Source of the DNA: an uncultured Thermoleophilia bacterium
GTDB lineage: Bacteria; Actinomycetota; Thermoleophilia; Solirubrobacterales; 70-9
Direction: 5' to 3'
Length of the DNA stretch: 64,000 nucleotides
Assembly: GCA_963838175.1 (NCBI GenBank)
Contig: CAWIPP010000002.1
Span: 948,738 to 1,012,737, forward strand
The notes under the pieces were generated by a model. It did not search any database. It was not told where the DNA came from and worked only from the letters and a program-made list of their open reading frames with translations. Below, piece by piece: positions 1 through 7,860 of this stretch. Each line of letters begins with the position of its first letter. Positions within the stretch are counted from its first letter, which is position 1. The translations under genes and the position numbers were made by a program.

Positions 1-459
1 CTCTGCAACAAGCACGGACTCGACCAGTTCTACCCGACCGATCCGGGCCAGCGGGCGATGGTCGACAGCGCGATGTTCTACCTGATCGGCACCTTCTATC
101 CGCTCGTCGCGCGCGCCACCTACCCGACTCTCGGCTTCCCGCAGTACGCGGGCGAGGCCGCGACCTCGGACGCGGACGACGAGGTCAAGGCGAAGGCGCA
201 GCAGGACGCCGTCGACGCGCTCGCTATGCCGCTCGAGGCCTTCAAGGAGTTCTTCCTCGACGGCAGGCGGTTCATCGGCGGCGACTCGCCCTCGATCGCC
301 GACATCCGCCTCGCGGTGACGCTCGAGTTCCTGCGCTCGATCGACTACGAGTTCCCGGCCTGGGCCGAGGAGTACATGAGCGCGGTCGAGGAGGCGCTGG
401 GCGAGGCCTACTCGGAGCCCGTCGCGGACGTGCGCGGGTTCGTCGAGTCCGTGAAGTAG
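1..459 (+). CDS. Glutathione S-transferase family protein, C-terminal part (5' end outside window)
   Basis: Frame 1 is open from base 1 (..LCNKHGLDQFYPTDPGQRAMVDSAMFYL..GGDSPSIADIRLAVTLEFL..). This is the GST C-terminal helical-domain pattern. TAG at 457-459. Confidence 0.75.
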   Translation, partial: LCNKHGLDQFYPTDPGQRAMVDSAMFYLIGTFYPLVARATYPTLGFPQYAGEAATSDADDEVKAKAQQDAVDALAMPLEAFKEFFLDGRRFIGGDSPSIADIRLAVTLEFLRSIDYEFPAWAEEYMSAVEEALGEAYSEPVADVRGFVESVK

Positions 460-709
460 CTCGAACGCGGCGCCCCCCTTGCATCCGGTTCACCGCGGTG
501 GTAGGGGTAGCTTGAACCGGTGCCCGACTCGCTCTCGATCTACGCGCCGCTCCTGGTCCTGGCCGTCGTTTCGGTCCGCGGCTTTGCGGGCTCGAGAGAG
601 GGGCCGCCCCGCACCCGGGGATCTGGTTCGGGCGCTGCGAGATGACGGTGCGAGTCGGCAATCGGTCAGCCTCCGACGCCTCGCCCGCCTTTCAGTTCAT
701 CGTCCCGAT

Positions 710-976
710 TCAGGCGCTCTCGACGACTTCCCCCACGTCGACGCTGTCCAGCGTCACGGCCTCGCCCGGTTGCTGGCTGATCTGGCCAGCCGCTTCGCGG
801 GCTGCCTCCTCGGACTCGAACACGATGGTGCCCCTGCCCTTGTCACCCTCGATCCTGACCCAATAGCCGGCTACGAACCCAGGTGCCTGCTTGACCCTGG
901 GCACGATCTCGTTCCGCAGGTAGGTCGTTGCCTCCTCGCCGTCCTTGATCGTGACGCTCACGATTACTGCATGCAT
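710..976 (-). CDS. Small ABM/Dabb-fold protein (antibiotic-biosynthesis-monooxygenase-like), function unknown
   Basis: ORF 710-1033. ATG at 976 gives 88 aa (MHAVIVSVTIKDGEEATTYLRNEIVPRVKQAPGFVAGYW..TIVFESEEAAREAA), a ferredoxin-like ABM pattern. Confidence 0.6.
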   Translation of the reverse strand: MHAVIVSVTIKDGEEATTYLRNEIVPRVKQAPGFVAGYWVRIEGDKGRGTIVFESEEAAREAAGQISQQPGEAVTLDSVDVGEVVESA

Positions 977-1037
977 GGTGGCTCCCTTTCCGTAGATGCC
1001 GAGCGAGCCTACCGGCGATTCTGGCTCCACCAAGGTC

Positions 1038-1073
1038 AGCGGCTGATGGGATTCGAACCCACGACCTTCTGCA
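1038..1073 (-). repeat. Partial copy (36 nt) of the 3' end of tRNA-Gly(GCC); outermost att-type direct repeat
   Basis: 1038-1073 is identical to 16174-16209 (agcggctgatgggattcgaacccacgaccttctgca). No matching 5' acceptor strand is present, so it is not a functional tRNA. Confidence 0.8.
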
Positions 1074-1274
1074 CAACCGCGGGGTCGCCGTGCGCCTCTG
1101 GGATGACCGCTCTAGCAAGCCAGCTACCCGGCCTTGCCCGTGGGCTGCCGCGACGGTAGATGCGTGCCGATTACCGGCGATTAGCTCCTATTCGGGCACC
1201 AACATGGGGTCGGTGCGACGAGCGGCGATCTCCTCGGCGAAACCCTCGGGGCAGCAGTGAAGACGGGACCCGCT

Positions 1275-1688
1275 TCAGGTGGTCTTCACGACCAACACCG
1301 AACAATCGGCGTTGTGCGTGACGGCATTCGGGACGCTGCCGAGCACGCGGCGCTTCATCCCCTTGTTCCCGATCACCAGCAGGTCCGCGTCGCACTCGTC
1401 AGCGAGCTGCGTCAGCACCTTGGCCGGGTCTCCCTCGTCGAAGCGCGTATGGCACTCGATCCCGCTGTTGGCCAGGTCCTTCGCGGTTCGTTCGAGAATC
1501 GTCCGGACCCGAGCCGATGGGTTCGACGCCCATTGCAGCTCGACGTCGTCCTGCGCGGCTCTCGAATCGCGAACGGCGCTGAGCAGCACGAGCGTTGCGT
1601 CGAAGCGGCGGGCGATCTCGGCTGCCTGCGTGACGGCCTCAGCAGCCGTCGCCGATCCGTCTGTACCGACAGCGACGGTGGAGATCAT
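1275..1688 (-). CDS. Universal stress protein (UspA family)
   Basis: 137 aa. MISTVAVGTDGS..LVLLSAV..ADLLVIGNKGMKRRVLGSVPNAVTHNADCSVLVV is the canonical Usp ATP-binding C-terminal motif. Confidence 0.9.
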   Translation of the reverse strand: MISTVAVGTDGSATAAEAVTQAAEIARRFDATLVLLSAVRDSRAAQDDVELQWASNPSARVRTILERTAKDLANSGIECHTRFDEGDPAKVLTQLADECDADLLVIGNKGMKRRVLGSVPNAVTHNADCSVLVVKTT

Positions 1689-1822
1689 GAGTCTGAGTAT
1701 CCCCGAAATCTGACTTCCCCGACGCCGCTTCGTCTACCTGATCGGGTGCGCGCAGCAAGGGCGTTTTCACCGTCGCTTCTCCTGCGGCGGTGGCGATCAG
1801 GGAAGTTCTCCCGCGACATCGC

Positions 1823-2215
1823 CTACTCCTCGAGCCCGGCGGCTTCGAGGGCGCTCTCCCTGTCGAGGAAGCTCTGCGCCTTGGAGATCAGTCCCTTGTT
1901 GAACGAGACCAAGTGGCACCACAGCCAGTCCACTCGCGGTCCGTCATGGCTTACGGCGCTGAAGTGCGTTATCCCAAGAGCTCTGTCGTCGAGGTCGAGG
2001 ATCTGCTCGACGTCGATAGAGAGCTCGTCGTAGATCCACAGCTTGAACAGCCAGGCTCGGACTTTCTCCTTGCCGATGTGTGTCCCCCCACCTGGAAAGC
2101 GCGGATCGCTGATCCAAACGAGGTCCTCTGTTGCGAGCTCCAAGAGCCCATCGACCCCTCGCGACTCCGCCAACTCATAGGTCCTTCGCAGAACCTCGAC
2201 GTTCTCCCGCGACAT
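1823..2215 (-). CDS. SnoaL-like / NTF2-fold protein (paralog 1 of a tandem array)
   Basis: 130 aa. It starts MSRENVEVLRRTYE and ends ..ESALEAAGLEE, sharing the N- and C-terminal patterns of the neighbouring paralogs. Confidence 0.75.
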   Translation of the reverse strand: MSRENVEVLRRTYELAESRGVDGLLELATEDLVWISDPRFPGGGTHIGKEKVRAWLFKLWIYDELSIDVEQILDLDDRALGITHFSAVSHDGPRVDWLWCHLVSFNKGLISKAQSFLDRESALEAAGLEE

Positions 2216-2218
2216 CCC

Positions 2219-2536
2219 CTACTCCGACAGCCCGACGGCTTCGAGGGCCTCGGCCTCGGTCTCGAACATCTGCGATCGGATCACCCTGCCGTGACGCCCC
2301 TCGCTCGTCTGCCACAGGGTCTCCTCGACGGGTGCGCCACTATCGAGGCCGTGGGCGCGACGCCGGACGAGACCAATCACGAAGTCGCCAGCGCCGCGTG
2401 CTTCCAGAATCTCAACGTTGAAGTCGGGAAAGATCGCGAACAAGTCTCGCCACCAGTCGCGGACACCGTCATGGCCCCTGTAGGGACGGCCCTCCACCGA
2501 CATGAGGTCCGTAACTGTTTCAACCTCAGGGCCCAT
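2219..2536 (-). CDS. SnoaL-like / NTF2-fold protein, N-terminally shortened paralog 2
   Basis: 105 aa ending ..ETEAEALEAVGLSE. It lacks the first ~30 aa (the MSxENV.. helix) present in paralogs 1 and 3. Only 27 nt separate it from the upstream gene. Confidence 0.6.
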   Translation of the reverse strand: MGPEVETVTDLMSVEGRPYRGHDGVRDWWRDLFAIFPDFNVEILEARGAGDFVIGLVRRRAHGLDSGAPVEETLWQTSEGRHGRVIRSQMFETEAEALEAVGLSE

Positions 2537-2563
2537 CAGGTTTAGGAAGCGTCGAGATCGCGC

Positions 2564-2971
2564 CTACTCCGAAAGCCCGGCGGTCTTGAGGGCTTCGGCA
2601 CGAGTCCAGAAGACTTGACGTCTCGTAATCAGGCCGTCCGCGAACCAGACGATCTGCCAGGTGCGATATTCAAACGGCACGCCGCTACCCCTACGGCGTG
2701 CTGTGAGAACCACGGCGATGAAGACCCGGTCATCACCTAAGTTCGTTAGCTGCTCGATCTCGATGTGGACGCCCTCCTCCGCGTTTCCCCACATCAACTC
2801 GATCCACTCTCGCACCCCTACCCGCCCGTGGTACAGCTCACCAATCCCAGAGACACCTTCCAGGGCCTCCCATACGACATCAGGGCTGAGGAAGGCCAGC
2901 AAGGCGTCGAAGTCGTCGCGGTTGAGAGCGTCGATGGCCTTCCGTGCCAGCGCCACGTTCTCCTCCGACAT
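2564..2971 (-). CDS. SnoaL-like / NTF2-fold protein (paralog 3)
   Basis: 135 aa. MSEENVALARKAIDALNRDDFDALLAFLSPDVVWE..TRAEALKTAGLSE. Confidence 0.75.
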   Translation of the reverse strand: MSEENVALARKAIDALNRDDFDALLAFLSPDVVWEALEGVSGIGELYHGRVGVREWIELMWGNAEEGVHIEIEQLTNLGDDRVFIAVVLTARRRGSGVPFEYRTWQIVWFADGLITRRQVFWTRAEALKTAGLSE

Positions 2972-3060
2972 CCGACGCAGTATCTCGGAGTTCCCCTACG
3001 GCGTTTTACGCGGCGCAGCGGGACGGTGAGCGGGGACGCGTCTCTAAGAAACCGGCGCCC

Positions 3061-3237
3061 CTATTCCCGCGACCCGACGGCTTGAAGCGCCTCGGCTTGC
3101 TCCTGGAACATTCGGAGGCGGGTGATCTGACCGTTCTCGACCGTGTACGTGGTTCTCGCTATCGCCATCGGCGTCGCCACGAGCGACCGTGCGCCCCTCA
3201 CTTCGGGAACTGGGGAAATTGTCGCAATCCCTGTTGT
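3061..3237 (-). pseudogene. C-terminal remnant of a fourth SnoaL-like paralog
   Basis: My own translation of the minus frame gives ..VRGARSLVATPMAIARTTYTVENGQITRLRMFQEQAEALQAVGSRE*, stop at 3061-3063. It matches the C-terminal ~55 aa of paralogs 1-3. An in-frame TAA at 3238-3240 cuts off the rest. Confidence 0.55.
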
Positions 3238-3400
3238 TTAACGCCAAGCGGCTGAATTGGGCGAGATCCCCGCCATCTGGCTTGCTATGCCCCTCATTGA
3301 GTACCAGCTACCAGCGCTGTACCGATTTCGAGTCCCACCGGCGCTGAAAGAGCTGGTAGCGAGAGGGGTGCGAAGAGCGAGCAGGGCCAGCGCCGCCGAT

Positions 3401-4225
3401 TCAGCGCATCATCTGCGTGGACTCGCCAGGGCCGCTGCCCCCGTGCATTCCGGCGTCCGGCTCGGTGAAGCCCGGGACGTCAGCCGGGAAGGACGCCACG
3501 CCTAGCCCAAGCACGAGCAGCGACAAAGCCACAGCCCTCCGGGTCGCGGTCGGCCACGGCAGCAGCCTCTCTGCCGCGATGAACGCCGCGATCACTGCCA
3601 TCCAGCCAAGGCTCATAACGCCCACGGCGAACAGCGCGGCCATCAGCGCCCAGCAGCAGCCGAGGCACCAGGCCCCATACCGGATGCCCAGCTCGATCGC
3701 ACCTGCCCGGCCGTCCCGCCAGCGCTCGGCGAGAACCGTCGTCGGGCTGCGGCACGTGGCCAAGCAAGCCTCCTTGACAGGCGTCAGCTGGTAGGCGGCC
3801 GCGGCCACGATCACGCCGGCGGTGACGTACCGACCCGCCTCGTCCCAGGCCAGGAACGGCGGGTCGAGGGAACGGACGAGCTCGTACAGGGCGAAGGCGA
3901 CGAGGCCCGCCGCGGTCCACACCAGGAGGTAGCCGCAGACGAACAGGGCGGTCGCGTCAACCGGGGCTCCGTTCCCGCCACCGAGGTTCTCCCCACGAAG
4001 GCGGTCATACATCAGGACCGTGGGAGCCACCGACGGGACCATCATCGCCGCCATCATCGCCACCCAGACAGTGACGTAGAAGCCCAGGCCCCCGAGCGCC
4101 ATCCCGGGTATCGACTCCATGCCCCCCATCCGGTCGCCGGTGACCAGCCAGGCCACGACCGCGAGCGCCACCAGCCCTCCGAGCAACGCGAGCTCATGCG
4201 CGTGGGCGGTCCGCAGCGAGGACAC
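3401..4225 (-). CDS. DUF2182 family predicted metal-binding integral membrane protein
   Basis: Tail of ORF 3401-4540. GTG at 4225 lies 3 nt after the upstream stop. Multiple TM helices and the family motifs MMAAMMVPS and CLATCRSP..GAWCLGCCWALMAALFAVGVMSLGWM. Confidence 0.8.
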   Translation of the reverse strand: MSSLRTAHAHELALLGGLVALAVVAWLVTGDRMGGMESIPGMALGGLGFYVTVWVAMMAAMMVPSVAPTVLMYDRLRGENLGGGNGAPVDATALFVCGYLLVWTAAGLVAFALYELVRSLDPPFLAWDEAGRYVTAGVIVAAAAYQLTPVKEACLATCRSPTTVLAERWRDGRAGAIELGIRYGAWCLGCCWALMAALFAVGVMSLGWMAVIAAFIAAERLLPWPTATRRAVALSLLVLGLGVASFPADVPGFTEPDAGMHGGSGPGESTQMMR

Positions 4226-4230
4226 GCCGT

Positions 4231-4968
4231 TCAGTCCGGGTACTCGTCCTTGCGCCACGAGCGCGGCTCCTCGGGCTGGGGCTTCGGGGTCCGCTCGAGC
4301 AGCATGTTGAAGTGGGGCTGAACGAATGGATCGGGCGCCATCACGGTGTAGGTGTGGTAGGTGGTCCCGTTCTCGCGTGCGAACGCGATGTAGCCCGGGC
4401 CCTCGCGAAGGCCGTCCTTGAGCTCCGCCCCGACCTGCTCGCCCCATTCCCGAAGCCACTCGGGCGGGCTGTCGATCATCTCCTTCACCTCGGGGATCTC
4501 GTTCGCCTGCTCCTCGGTCAGCGCGAGCCCGAAGTTCCATGGGAAGTCGGTGTCGTAGGTCGAGACATAGGGGAACTGCCAGCCCATCCGCTGCTTGTAG
4601 GCGGCGAGCCGATCAATCGGCGCGCGCGAGAAGCAGAGGAAAGTCACATCCCGCTTGTTCATGTGGATCAGCCCGCCAGAGAACTCGTCACCAAGGCTCG
4701 TGCATCCGGGGCACGCACCGTTCGAGTAGTCGGGCCCGTACATGATGTTGTAGGCGAGGAGCTGCGAGCGGCCGTCGAAGAGCTCGGCCAAGGACTTCTT
4801 CCCGTCCTCGGTGTCGAACTCGTACTCCTTCTCGACCGGGACCCAAGGGAGCTCGAGCCGCTTCCGCTTGATCTCCTCGTTCAGTTCGGCGTGCTGGGCC
4901 TCGAGCTTCGCCAGCTCGTCGCGTGCTGCCTGCCATTCCTCGCGGGTTCCCACTTTGTGCTCGGGCAT
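4231..4968 (-). CDS. DUF899 family thioredoxin-fold protein
   Basis: ORF 4231-5001. ATG at 4968 is preceded by GAGGAG at 6-nt spacing. ..LPWVPVEKEYEFDTEDGKKSLAELFDGRSQLLAYNIMYGPDY..CPGCTS..RDVTFLCFSRAPIDRLAAYKQRMGWQFPYVS. Confidence 0.85.
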   Translation of the reverse strand: MPEHKVGTREEWQAARDELAKLEAQHAELNEEIKRKRLELPWVPVEKEYEFDTEDGKKSLAELFDGRSQLLAYNIMYGPDYSNGACPGCTSLGDEFSGGLIHMNKRDVTFLCFSRAPIDRLAAYKQRMGWQFPYVSTYDTDFPWNFGLALTEEQANEIPEVKEMIDSPPEWLREWGEQVGAELKDGLREGPGYIAFARENGTTYHTYTVMAPDPFVQPHFNMLLERTPKPQPEEPRSWRKDEYPD

Positions 4969-5088
4969 TGTCATCTCCTCGGTTGTGGTTAAGCCGCGCA
5001 CGGGCGTCCGGATGGACGGTACCCGCGTCCACCAATAAGACAGGCGGCGGCGGTGAAAATCATCGCTGCGGTGCTCGGAGATCCAGGA

Positions 5089-5103
5089 AAAGAGCGGCTG
5101 ATG
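5089..5103 (-). repeat. 15-nt vestige of the tRNA-Gly att junction
   Basis: aaagagcggctgatg at 5089-5103 equals 6869-6883. That is the first 11 nt of the tRNA 3'-end core plus the 4 flanking nt of the 6873 copy. Same orientation. Similarity is lost after 5103. Confidence 0.45.
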
Positions 5104-5376
5104 TGTTGAAGATCCGGCTTGATCTCACCGGTAGAGCGCGGTTGCCGATCGTCCGTCTGGACCGCGCCACTTGCCGTGCCGCCTCTCTACCGCCGGCCTG
5201 CGTGGTCCCCGAGCCGGTCCTTCCACCGAATGAGCAACCAGCCGCTCACGACTCCGGCAACCGGGAAGACGGCGAGCAGGATCTCCTCGACCGGAAGGCC
5301 GACTATGTGTGCCGGGGTGAGCACCGACGTTGATGCGCCGCAATCGTGCGCCGGCGCACGGCCGTGCAGCCGTCGT

Positions 5377-6717
5377 TCACGCGAAGATCTCCGTCGTACA
5401 GTCGCCGCCCTGCAGGCGCACCTCGTGCGCTCTCGCCGGCCCTCTTTCCCGGTCGTGGAAGTCGACGAAGAAGTCACGGTCGACCTCCATTCCGCCATCC
5501 GGGAGACAGTTCACTCGCAGAAGCCATGAACGAAGGTCGGGGTAGAACTGGTTGTCCCAGGTGGAATAGAGGGAGTTGCTGACGTATAGGCGCCGCCCGT
5601 CGTAGGACAGCTGCAGCATCTGCGGACCGCCGCTCAAGTCACGCCCGGCGTCGCTTTGCCGCCCGAGCAGTCCTCCGAGCCAAAGCTGGCCGGTGAGCTT
5701 CGGTTCGAGCGGGTCGGAAACGTCGTACTGGCGGAGGTCGCCGTGCAGCCAGTCCGAGAAGTAGAGAAAGCGGTCGTCCATCGAGAGAACGAGGTCGGTG
5801 ATCAGCCCGGGCACGCCACCGGGAAGCGGCCAGCCCTCGAGCTCGACGTTCTCGACCGCGATCACCTCATCCGCCCCCCATTCACCGTTCTTGCGGCGCC
5901 AGTGCCACATGGTGCTCGAGAGCGCGGCACCGACGAAGCCCCCCTCCGCCTCGGGATCGTGGAGCCAGCGCACCTCGAGGGGGATGAGACCGCTCTCGCC
6001 GAGGTCGATCGTCTGCTCGACGCTGCGTTCGCCCAGGTTCCAGAAGTGGAGCCGTTGGCCGTAGCGACCGGCCGCAACGTCCTCGATGTCGAAGCCGGCC
6101 TCGTACGCGTTCGGCTCGCCGAACTCGGAGGAGACGAGCACGTCCTTGCGCGGCTGGTACCAGAAGTCGTAGTTGAGCGGCGGGAGCTCGCCGCCGTTCT
6201 CCCAACGGCCCTTGAGGTCGAAGGTCCGAGCGTCGAGAACCGCGAATCCGCCCGACCCGTTCCCGTCTGCGTCGCCCAGCATTGAGATCACAACGTTGTC
6301 GCCGGGCATGCAGTGGACCGTGTGTGGCCGTGTGTAGCCGGTCGCCTCGACCACCTCGGCGGGCTCGATCACCTTCTCGATCCGCGGGCGCCGCGGGTCA
6401 TCGGCTACGTTGACGACGTGAAGGCGCGAGGAGCGGAAGCCGGGGACGATCAGGTGGGAGCGGTCCGGTCCGTGGCAGGCTGAGCTGCAGCGATTCCAGC
6501 CGAAGTGGTGGAGCTCGTCGCCGACGTTCGGCATCGGCGTCTCGTGGACGATCTTGCCCCCCTCAGCGTCGACAACGGCGAGGAAGTCGGGCGCGTCCAC
6601 GCCGGTGCCCTCATGCAGGCACGCGAGATAGAGGAATTCCTCTGCCGGGGCCTTCATCGCCTCTTGGGGTGAGGCATAGAGGGAGCCGACGGGCCCTTGC
6701 TCTTGCACATCGCTCAT
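5377..6717 (-). CDS. Selenium-binding protein (SBP56 / methanethiol-oxidase family), no signal peptide
   Basis: ORF 5377-6735. ATG at 6717 has GGAAGGAG 6 nt upstream. 446 aa with ..CLHEGTGVDAPDFLAVVD..HHFGWNRCSSACHG..HTVHCMPG..SNSLYSTWDNQFYP.., the SBP56 pattern along the full length. Confidence 0.85.
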   Translation of the reverse strand: MSDVQEQGPVGSLYASPQEAMKAPAEEFLYLACLHEGTGVDAPDFLAVVDAEGGKIVHETPMPNVGDELHHFGWNRCSSACHGPDRSHLIVPGFRSSRLHVVNVADDPRRPRIEKVIEPAEVVEATGYTRPHTVHCMPGDNVVISMLGDADGNGSGGFAVLDARTFDLKGRWENGGELPPLNYDFWYQPRKDVLVSSEFGEPNAYEAGFDIEDVAAGRYGQRLHFWNLGERSVEQTIDLGESGLIPLEVRWLHDPEAEGGFVGAALSSTMWHWRRKNGEWGADEVIAVENVELEGWPLPGGVPGLITDLVLSMDDRFLYFSDWLHGDLRQYDVSDPLEPKLTGQLWLGGLLGRQSDAGRDLSGGPQMLQLSYDGRRLYVSNSLYSTWDNQFYPDLRSWLLRVNCLPDGGMEVDRDFFVDFHDRERGPARAHEVRLQGGDCTTEIFA

Positions 6718-6872
6718 TCGGAGCTCCTTCCTCACTCCGGCGAGGCGCGACTGCCGCGCCGCAGCGAAACGACATCAGCGCAACGAAGCCACTCTACTCG
6801 CGCCGCTCCGCGCCTGTCTGGCCGGATACGCGGGCCTTGCGCGACCCGGCCGCGCAGAGTTGCGGTGCAAAG

Positions 6873-6916
6873 AGCGGCTGATGGGATTCGAACCCACGAC
6901 CTTCTGCATGGCAAGC
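6873..6916 (-). repeat. Partial copy (44 nt) of the 3' half of tRNA-Gly(GCC); att-type direct repeat next to the integrase remnant
   Basis: 6873-6916 is identical to 16174-16217 (discriminator base back to the anticodon loop). The sequence diverges on both sides. Confidence 0.85.
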
Positions 6917-6962
6917 GAGGTTGGGGCTTGCGGACGCTTGCGGGTGTTCGGCGCTTTCCCAG

Positions 6963-7210
6963 CTACAGCGCCATCTCCGCTCGTTCGGGCACGGCGCCAT
7001 TTGCGGCTGTTTGCGGACAGGCTGTTGACCCGGTGTTGACCCGGACAGGTTCCATCGGGTCGTCGAAATTCCCGTCGAGAGCGTGGACGTATGTATCGAG
7101 GGTGAAGCTCGGCGAGTGATGCCCGAGCCAGCGCTGCCGCTCTTCACGCGGACGCGGAAGCGACACCACTCGGCGGGGTCTCGAGCGCCCACGTCGTGGA
7201 CGCCGAGACT
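6963..7210 (-). pseudogene. Tyrosine recombinase (phage-type integrase) C-terminal remnant
   Basis: ORF 6963-7331 contains ..RQRWLGHHSPSFTLDTYVHALDG.. (7083-7139), the integrase box II with the catalytic Tyr. No N-terminal or core-binding part is present, and upstream frames are degenerate. It reads toward the 6873-6916 repeat, 47 nt away. Confidence 0.65.
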
Positions 7211-7266
7211 TCCCAGGGGAGAGGTGGTCCGGATCGTCCGCGTCACGCCAAGGGACGGAAGCCGAC

Positions 7267-7860
7267 TCAGGAGAGGATGTCCGGCTGCTTGGGCAGCAGC
7301 CGATGGCCGTCGACGATAGCGGTCGCGACATCGGCGAGCTTGGTGTTGGCCCGGCGCGACTGGTCGCGCAGCATCTCGAAGGCGTCAGCCTCGTCGACCG
7401 AATGACGCTCCATCAGGATGCCCTTGGCTCGCTCGGTGACCGCGCGGCGGCCGAACGCGCCCTCGAGGTCGTGGTACTCGGTGAACCTACGCAGGACGAT
7501 GTCGATCGCGCTCTGCCAATCGTCGACCTCGGCGTCGGTGATGTAGGCGAAGATTCCGCGCTTCGAGGCCTCTTTGACGAAGGCAGGATCGGGCGCGTGG
7601 ATCAGGAGGATCACCGGGCACGCGGCCTCCTGCACGATCTTGTCGATCAGGGCGAGGGCATGCTCCGAGCTCTTGCCGAGGCCGACCAGCGCCACGTCGG
7701 GGTGCTCCCTGGCGGTCACGATTCCGACGTCCGCGACGTCGATCTCGCGGGCGATCACCTCGTGGCCTAGGTTCGCGACCATCGGCGCGACCAACGCCAG
7801 TCGATCCCTGCGTTCGTTGGCGATCAGCACTCGGAGATGCTCTGTCTCGCGATAGCTCAT
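7267..7860 (-). CDS. ANTAR-domain RNA-binding regulator with receiver-like N-terminal domain
   Basis: 197 aa. The C-terminal ..RAVTERAKGILMERHSVDEADAFEMLRDQSRRANTKLADVATAIV is a canonical ANTAR helix bundle. The N-terminal ~120 aa has a CheY-like alternation. Confidence 0.85.
   Translation of the reverse strand: MSYRETEHLRVLIANERRDRLALVAPMVANLGHEVIAREIDVADVGIVTAREHPDVALVGLGKSSEHALALIDKIVQEAACPVILLIHAPDPAFVKEASKRGIFAYITDAEVDDWQSAIDIVLRRFTEYHDLEGAFGRRAVTERAKGILMERHSVDEADAFEMLRDQSRRANTKLADVATAIVDGHRLLPKQPDILS

Noticed and set aside
485-520. Hairpin CCGGTTCA-20 nt-TGAACCGG after the first GST gene as an intrinsic terminator
   Set aside because: The stem is only 8 bp with a 20-nt loop and there is no U-rich tail on either strand. 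This is not enough support to annotate it.
272-661. A 129-aa minus-strand ORF and overlapping plus ORFs (479-1159, 642-866) in the 459-710 gap
   Set aside because: These are extremely Arg/Pro/Ser-rich translations overlapping the GST and ABM genes in other frames. There are no motifs.
1038-1135. The long tRNA-like sequence as a tRNA-Sec or other class II tRNA with a long variable arm
   Set aside because: There is no 5' strand complementary to the CAGCCGC acceptor 3' strand, and no foldable anticodon arm with a UCA, Leu or Ser anticodon. The length would exceed 110 nt. It is better explained as a disrupted or degenerate tRNA-Gly copy.
5187-5324. A 45-codon hydrophobic ORF (VLTPAHIVGLPVEEILLAVFPVAGVVSGWLLIRWKD..) downstream of the SBP56 gene as a small membrane protein
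   Set aside because: There is no ribosome-binding site or homolog that I can recognise. It has a GTG start only, and it lies in a gap that also holds the att vestige. Too weak to call.
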